A DNA stretch of 63,718 nt, the filler included, from Cercozoa sp. M6MM (Eukaryota > Protista > Endomyxa: Ascetosporea): the NCBI GenBank assembly GCA_040357565.1. It is 15 parts of 15 records of this genome, joined end to end, with 100 filler letters (N's around TTAATTAATTAA, not from the genome) between each part and the next. Parts side by side here need not be neighbours in the genome. Positions count along the whole stretch, not along the records: positions 54,242 to 59,029 come from JBDODJ010001050.1; positions 59,130 to 62,472 come from JBDODJ010001493.1; positions 62,573 to 63,718 come from JBDODJ010002150.1; 12 more parts are not named here. One strand, written 5' to 3'. The notes under the pieces are model-generated. The model searched no databases and was not told the DNA's origin. It was given only the letters and a program-made list of their open reading frames with translations. A program made the translations under genes and the position numbers. Positions 57,128-63,718 of this stretch are shown here, one piece after another (positions within the stretch are counted from its first letter, which is position 1; each line of letters opens with the position of its first letter).

Positions 57128-58950
57128 TGACGGTGTTTCGGCGTTTGTTGTTGCACACAGTGTTGCTATGGACGCGTTTTCTGGGCGGCTACTTTCGTCT
57201 GCCACAAGTAACAAATGCTCTATGTAAATGTAGTATAAGTTTACACTGACCTGAAAGGCCATCGAATGTGCATGCGAGCAGGCGTTGCGTGTTGCCTACG
57301 AAGCCGACTTAGAGGCACGCGTGTTCGTGCTGACCATGGACTATCGGCAGGAGGTGCTACCCTCCTTCCGCCAGACGTCGCCTCTGTCCGGGTCAGTCTC
57401 TATATAAATCGACCCGGGAAGGAAGTGCATGAACTTGCGAAACCTTGGTGTTCACCAGATCGCAAGAAGAGAACCGTCAGGCCAGTGCGTTGGTTGCCGG
57501 CTCGAGGACCGCGTTCGCAAGGTAAATTTAGCGGAGTGAATGGCGCGGGAATTAAACATATTCAATTTAGAATGCATGGTTACCTCACGGGCGACTGTGT
57601 TCAACCGCAATCGATGGTGGCCGCCTTCCGCGAGGCTGGCACCACGTCAGACTTTGACTTTACCATCAACGCCGACCACTGGCAGTCGAAAGGGTAAATT
57701 TACTGTAAAAACTGACAATATACAGTAATCAGTGGTGACCACACACACACGACTATTTCAGTAATTTGAACAAACTACGCTGCTTGATTGCCACCATGGA
57801 GCCGCTGCTCGAAACTGACGGTATCGAGAGTGTCTCCCAGTTTTCCTGCCTACAGTAAATTTATCCAAGAACTGTTAACTGACTCGGGTGACTCGGACAG
57901 TCAAATGGATCCAATGGGTGGACACCGACCTCGTTTTCGCCAACCCAGCAGTCGACATGCGCAAGGTGCGCTCATGCCGCTGAGAGAGCGTGTGTGATTG
58001 TGCATACTGTATGTGCGTGCTGATGTGGAATTTCAGTATCTTCCCTCGGCCGAGGCCGAGAAGAAAGCCGGCGTAAACAAGCACATGGTGGTTTCTGCGG
58101 ATCGAAACGGCTTTAAGTACAGTTTTTTGTCCTACCGAAGTACCTAAGTTTACTCAGTTTTGAGTCTTATATCCTGACCAGTCTCGGTGTCGCGTTCTAT
58201 AAGGTGTCACGGTCGACGCTTTCGTTCCTCCAACGTTGGCTTGAACTAGGACTCACCGAACGCTTTGTTCACATGCGGAGGTAACACGACATTGAGCTTT
58301 TAAAGCAGGAGTGTTCAACATCGACACTGAATGATTGTGGGCCATTCTCCAGGGACCAACCACCTCTCGTGTCGATGTGGAACAGTGCTCTGCCTGAAAA
58401 GGATCGCCAAATGTGCGCTGCAGTCGAAGGCGATCAGTGTCTCGACGATTTCACCAACTGCACCTGCGTGCCACTCAATGTACAGCACCACCTTTTGTTG
58501 CCTTCTTCGCACAAACCTGTAGTAAGTAATATCACTGAGCACAGAGGCTCAACACAGCAGCGTCGCTCAAGGGATCGCTGCGTTTTGTGGAGTACAACTA
58601 AAATTCGGTCTGTGTCTAAGTTGGAACGCACCCACTTGCAGAATGTCGGACGAAGGGGTCGAACTTTCTACCGACGCCGATCGTTTGCCCGGTATTCAGG
58701 TAGGTCACACGGTTGCATTTCAGTTTTACAACAACTGAAACCTGAGGTTGTGTTGTTTTCCCCAGGTGGTCCCGCAGTGTTGGTTCAATTCCTACGTCGA
58801 TTTTCGCGTGTTTAACGAGGACATGCACGCGCGATAGTGCGTTTTCTCCTTTTCTTTTTGATAGAGTGAACAGATGGATCCAATTGCTTTATCAGCGTGT
58901 TCGGCGACCCAATCGCCCATTTGGCCGGGTACACTCCCTCTTTATCAGGC
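57128..58950 (+). CDS. Glycosyltransferase family 34 (GMA12/MNN10-like), 3'-truncated
   Basis: Spliced RTAFARMHGY, NLNKLRCL, VKWIQWVDTDLVFANP (DxD), MVVSADRNGFN/LGVAFYK..SFLQRW, DQPPL. Confidence 0.8.
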
Positions 58951-58966
58951 TGCGTGTATTTTTTTC

Positions 58967-59029
<63 letters not shown>

Positions 59030-59892
59030 NNNNNNNNNNNNNNNNNNNNNNNNNNNNNNNNNNNNNNNNNNNNTTAATTAATTAANNNNNNNNNNNNNNN
59101 NNNNNNNNNNNNNNNNNNNNNNNNNNNNNAAGTCAAAGCGACTCTCTAACCTTGTGCATACAGAGGCGCTGCGCGACGAGAAAGGCGGCTTCCTGTCGCG
59201 CCTCATGAAACGCAACAAAAACAAGCGTCGTTGAACATTCCGAAAACTGAGAGCGAAACCGATGCGAAACCGATTATTAATTTTTTGCCGCTTTCGTTTT
59301 GTTACGCCACTTTCATTCTATTAAATTGTCTCACCAACAAACTCATAGATAGCGTACGCTGCACGCGACGTACTGGTGTCTAGATGCTCTAAGTGTATGC
59401 CATGGCGCAGCACCAAAAGTGTGCGACCAGCGCAGCGCGTGTTGTTATAGGGCCGTGGGCACGGTGTTCCTAGACTGAACGACAAACTGCTGGAAATCTG
59501 GCATGTGGAATGCAAGTAAGTTGTCGTATGTACGAACTGAACACAGAGGCTATCATTACGCATGCTGGCCAACGAGAACCTGACGCTCAACAGAATGCAA
59601 CCATGGCCCCCAAGATCTACTAGTCTATATCAAGGACCCAGAGAGCTCCCGACTGGATATAGACTAGGCCGCCATCCATTGCCAAGTCTATAGTGTATCG
59701 AGTAGAGGGACAGAACGGTCACAGAACGATCCGACGCAGGCTTACGAAGCCTCTCTACTATAGCCCACTACCTGCATGCACCAACCACGCAGTCGACTTC
59801 GTTGTCTGGGAAACTACCCAGCTTACTGAAAAAAATCTGCAGTTCAACTTGTAGTTTTCTGATCAGGTGTGCTGAACAAATTGAGAGCAGTT

Positions 59893-61164
59893 CTAAGCGG
59901 TGTCGGCAAAGGCGATGTGTAGTGTTGCGCTGTGCTGCTCTACGTGCAAATTACCGAGTTGAGCCGCAGCGAGCCGGACTGCGGGGGATGGCAGTTCCCG
60001 AGTGGCCTGGCGCTCTGCTGAGTCGCTGCTGGACACCTGGCAGGCACCCGCAGTGTTGGGAGCAGCATCGTGCACTTCGTCACACTTGTAGCACCTGTCG
60101 CCTACATCGCTGGTCGGCAAATGCACCAGTTTGTCACCCTGACATAAAATGATCGATCACAACGAGAGAAACGCCGCAAAATACCAAATTGATAACTTAC
60201 CAGCTGAAACAGCAAGAAATGGCACAACTCGTATAGCGTGGGGCAGAGCTGGCCCTTGCGTTGCAAGTCGCGAACCGAGTGGGCAAACGCCTTGCTTTGC
60301 GATTCGGAATTTTCGAATTGAGCGCTTTGCGACTCGAAATTAGCGCTTTGCGACTCGAAATTAGCGCTTTGCGATTCGAAATTAGCGCTTTGCGACTCGA
60401 AATTAGCGCTTTGCGACTCGACATTAGCGCTTCGCGTGAGTGGCGACAGCAGCTGCGCGAAACGTGTTTCGCTTTGCGCCAGCGAGACGACGTCTTGCAC
60501 TCGGCGGCGCCGTTTCTCGAGTTCTTCGACCATGCAGGCCAACTGCACCGAGTGAGGGTAGGTAGAGGGGGTAAGTAGAGGGGCAAGTAGAGGGGGGAGT
60601 AAGTAGAAGGGGTAAGTAGAGGGGGTAAGTAGGGGGTAAGTAGAGGGAGTAAGTAGAGGGGGGTAAGCATAGGGGGTAAGCATAGGGGGTAGGCAGAGGG
60701 GTAAGAGGGGTAAGTAGAGGGGCAAGGAGGTAAGTAGGAGGTAAAGCAACGCCAGGCCTGTCGTGGTGCAGAACGGCAGTGACGGAGGCGACGAGCCAGG
60801 CGCAGAACGAGTGCAGCACGTCGTGCTCCAAGTGCTCCAAGTCTTCCGGCGATATCATCGATGCGTCGGTCTGCTGCATACAGGGGGGCTAAGATGGGCC
60901 AAGCTTAAGGGTAAGATGGGGGTAAAAAGGGGGGTAAAAAGATGGTAAGATGGGGTAAGATGGGGGGTAAGATGGGGTAAGAGGGGAGGGGGGTAAGATG
61001 GGGGGTAAGAGGGGGGTAAGATGGGGGGTAAGACGCGGCACCCACTCGGTGCAGTCGCTGAGCACCTGCACGGCGTCTTCCACGAGTTCCTTCACTCTGC
61101 AACGCTGCTGCGACACTGCGTTGCCGCGCAGTAGCTGCGTCAGCGCATGCGCTCGTTCCTCCAT
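59893..61164 (-). CDS. Hypothetical protein with 7-aa ESQSANF repeats
   Basis: Spliced exons from MEERAHALTQ to IAFADTA-TAG; the repeat lies in an open exon. Confidence 0.6.
60311..60432. repeat. 21-bp tandem repeat TCGAAATTAGCGCTTTGCGAC, about 6 copies
   Basis: Read directly; in frame within the minus-strand CDS. Confidence 0.92.
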
Positions 61165-61478
61165 CTCCGTCCACTAGCGAGAGACATGAGACATGAAGAA
61201 AATCAACGGACCAAATCTGCACCTTTCGGTACCAACCCTAAGTCGATCGATACACACTCCTGCAGACTAGAATACACAAATTCACTCCGATCCTGCTGGT
61301 CTCTCCTCTAAGTAGACATGTGCCACAAAAATTGTATCGCCCTGGGTACAATTGGTCCAAACGTACAGGTTTAATAAAAAACACGGCATTCACCCTCGAG
61401 CACTCTACAATAGCAAACGAATGCCTGCTGTGCTAGACAAGGATTTAATACAGTGGGGTGTGCATATTGGGGTCGAAC

Positions 61479-62472
61479 ATGTCGGATCCGGAGGTTCCGA
61501 AGGAAACCTCGAATGGCGGGAATGACAAACACTTGTATCACTTTACTGCCTACAAGGCCGGCATGGAAAAGTACCTTCTGTTTAGCTCTACGGTCAATGC
61601 AGTGCGCCAAAATTGCATCTGTGCCCTCAAAACACAGGGTCGACCGTGCGCGGATCGATCGCATCATCCACGAGGCGAGTCGCAACAGTGCGCACTACAA
61701 GAACGAGGTAGCAAGACCTGTGCGACCCCCTTTACTGCCTTGACTCTTCTCCTCGGTGTAGGCACGCAAAGCTGCGGAGGTTTCCGTGCGTATCAAACGC
61801 GTACTTTGCCTCTGTTTTGGCAGGATAAAAGAGGGACACAAGACGCAACTCAACTGAGATTAGGTCAAGCGCGAGTTGGCCGCCCTGCCGCCGTCGGAGC
61901 GAGAAAAACTTGAACGCGACGCCGTGCGACTCCGCGACGTAGCTTATGTTCTGGGGGGGGGGGAGACAGGGGGGTAAACAGGGGGGTAAACAGGGAGTAA
62001 TGCAGCAACTGGACGCCGAACGCGACGATCTCGACCGTGTTTGGATCGCTGTCGACATGGACCAGGTAACGGTTGAGTATAATTAAGGGAGGTATAATTA
62101 AGGGAGGTATAATTAGGGTATAATTAAGGGGGTAAGGGGTCAACTTAAGGGGGGTAAGGGAGTGAAACATGTCTTGTCTGCCAGTTCTACGCCGCCATTG
62201 CAATGCGCGATAATCCCAAGCTGCGCAACCTGCCAGGTTAGTTTACCCCCCCCCCCAGCCCCCTTAACCCCTTACCCCAACCCCCTTAACCCCAGTGGCG
62301 GTGGGTGGACACGCGATGATCTCGACGGCGAACTACGTCGCGAGGCGCTTCGGCGTGCGTTCCGCCATGCCTGGTAGCAGCTTTACCCCCCTGTTTACCC
62401 CCCTGTTTACCCCCCTTACCCCCCTCCCCCCTAACTCCCTATAGGATTCATCGCAAAGAAGCTGTGTCCGCA
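61479..62472 (+). CDS. POLK: DNA polymerase kappa (Y family), 5' part
   Basis: AYKAGMEK/VDRARIDRIIHEASRNSAHYKNE (N-clasp), WIAVDMDQ/FYAAIAMRDNPKL, VAVGG..ISTANYVARRFGVRSAMP/GFIAKKLCP. Confidence 0.95.
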
Positions 62473-62572
62473 NNNNNNNNNNNNNNNNNNNNNNNNNNNN
62501 NNNNNNNNNNNNNNNNTTAATTAATTAANNNNNNNNNNNNNNNNNNNNNNNNNNNNNNNNNNNNNNNNNNNN

Positions 62573-63718
62573 CCACCTCAACCACGTGCCGTAGCATCCA
62601 GCAAATCGTATGCTATCAAGAAAGCGTGGATAGAGAGTGATGAGACGCGGAGAACGTACCAACGCTCTCCACGACTTTGGCTTCGTCTTCGGAAGGCAGC
62701 GAGTCCGGAATCGCCCTTCACCTCCGAAGACCTGAGGCTCTTCACATAAGCCCAGAAGAACTCAATACCATTGAGGTCGCAGTAAAACTTCGGAAGCCAC
62801 AGCACTGTGAAGTTTAAAGACTTCGCAAGATCGTCAAGTCGTCTCCTTCTTGAAGATGCTTGGGAAGTTTGCAGACAAGATTCTTCGTAGCGTGCTGACC
62901 GTTGCGAAGTCAAGCCGACGCACCTTGTCGGGAACAACACCTTGAGTTGTTGAGCGATCGTGTCCAAGCCGTACGTTACGCCCGTCATTGGATTGAAGAA
63001 CCGCAGCGTCGCTGCGCGGAGAGCGAAAGAGTGAAGACGAGGCAAGTACAACCATGCGCGCCTGTTCGATCGCTAGAGTCGGCAGCAATGTGCGCCACAG
63101 GTGCTTGGCACACTCCAGTGCCTTCTGTGCAAGTGTGCAGTACTTACAGACAAACAAACAGCATGAAATGGAGCGTAGTACCGCGCGAGAGATGGAGCGC
63201 TGCGTGCGCCCTTGCCGTGCAGGTGGCGGCTCGTCCAGGTCCGCCATTTCAACGGCGCAACGGTCCGCACTAAGGGCGCGTGCCGACCTGGTTCGCTTTC
63301 TAGCAGAGGTAACCACTTTCTTCTTTGATTTGGGCGGCTCCGCGGGCATAGAATCGGCTAAAGCAGCCCCGTGTCCGGCGAGAGCCACCTTCACGGCCCT
63401 GGCCTTCTTGAGGGTTTCACGCCTCCCACGATCGCGATTGCTAGGCCGTCCAGGTCCCTTGCCCATGTAGTTACACATCTATAGACAGCTTCACGTTAGG
63501 ACTAAGACCTTGGCCAGTTGTTGTGCTCTGCATCGACTCAATTCCGACTCAATGCCCGGCTCCTGGAAATTCTGAGATCTAGAGCACCTGAACCCCCAAT
63601 CGCTTCAGGTCAGGCTTGTGCAAAAATTGCTCTAATAAATTTGTACAGACAGAATCTCGTCTACTGCCCTGTACATAGGACTATTTTTGATCGGCCAACT
63701 TCACTGCATTTAGCTGTA
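62573..63718 (-). mobile_element. IS630-Tc1-mariner superfamily DNA transposon remnant
   Basis: LDDLAKSLNFTVLWLPKFYCDLNGIEFFWAYVK matches the (F)LPKFHCELNPIExxW motif carrying the catalytic Glu; upstream LRRILSANFP; frame disruptions. Confidence 0.8.

Noticed and set aside
57821-57900. Apparent frameshift in the GT34 gene
   Set aside because: Resolved by an 80-nt GT-AG intron joining ...LLETD to VKWIQWVDTD.
56183-60432. CRISPR-like arrays at the 19-bp and 21-bp repeats
   Set aside because: Head-to-tail tandem copies with no unique spacers, no cas genes, and a eukaryotic context.

Overview
This is eukaryotic draft-genome DNA, not prokaryotic. About 15 separate contigs are concatenated with an artificial N~45-TTAATTAATTAA-N~45 spacer (14 copies), so gene neighbourhoods across spacers are meaningless. 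The organism is an intron-dense protist-type eukaryote. All genes I could splice by hand use the standard code and GT-AG introns, usually ~50-70 nt and often expanded by (CA)n, (TA)n, pentamer or G/C-run repeats. The ORF track therefore fragments or misses nearly every gene. Recognisable spliced genes: class II HDAC, Pumilio/Puf protein, ATG14/UVRAG-like protein, RH22-like DEAD-box helicase, mitochondrial acetate:succinate/4-hydroxybutyrate CoA-transferase (22 introns), SAM/coiled-coil protein, signal-peptide patatin ending in HQEL, Cys-type SelO, DNA2/NAM7-family SF1 helicase, GABA-B-like class C GPCR, SAP-domain protein, small ZNF706/At2g23090-like zinc-finger protein, PITP, cytochrome b5-like protein, GT34 glycosyltransferase and DNA polymerase kappa. 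There is also a decayed LINE and an IS630-Tc1-mariner transposase remnant. The three most unusual signals are: (1) the palindrome TCCGCGCGGA, found at least 12 times on several contigs, mostly in introns; (2) a dispersed, strand-biased G4-6TAA intronic minisatellite family; (3) an orphan exon of a pyruvate-dehydrogenase E2 lipoyl domain. All counts were made by eye and all protein assignments are from remembered motifs, with no database searches.
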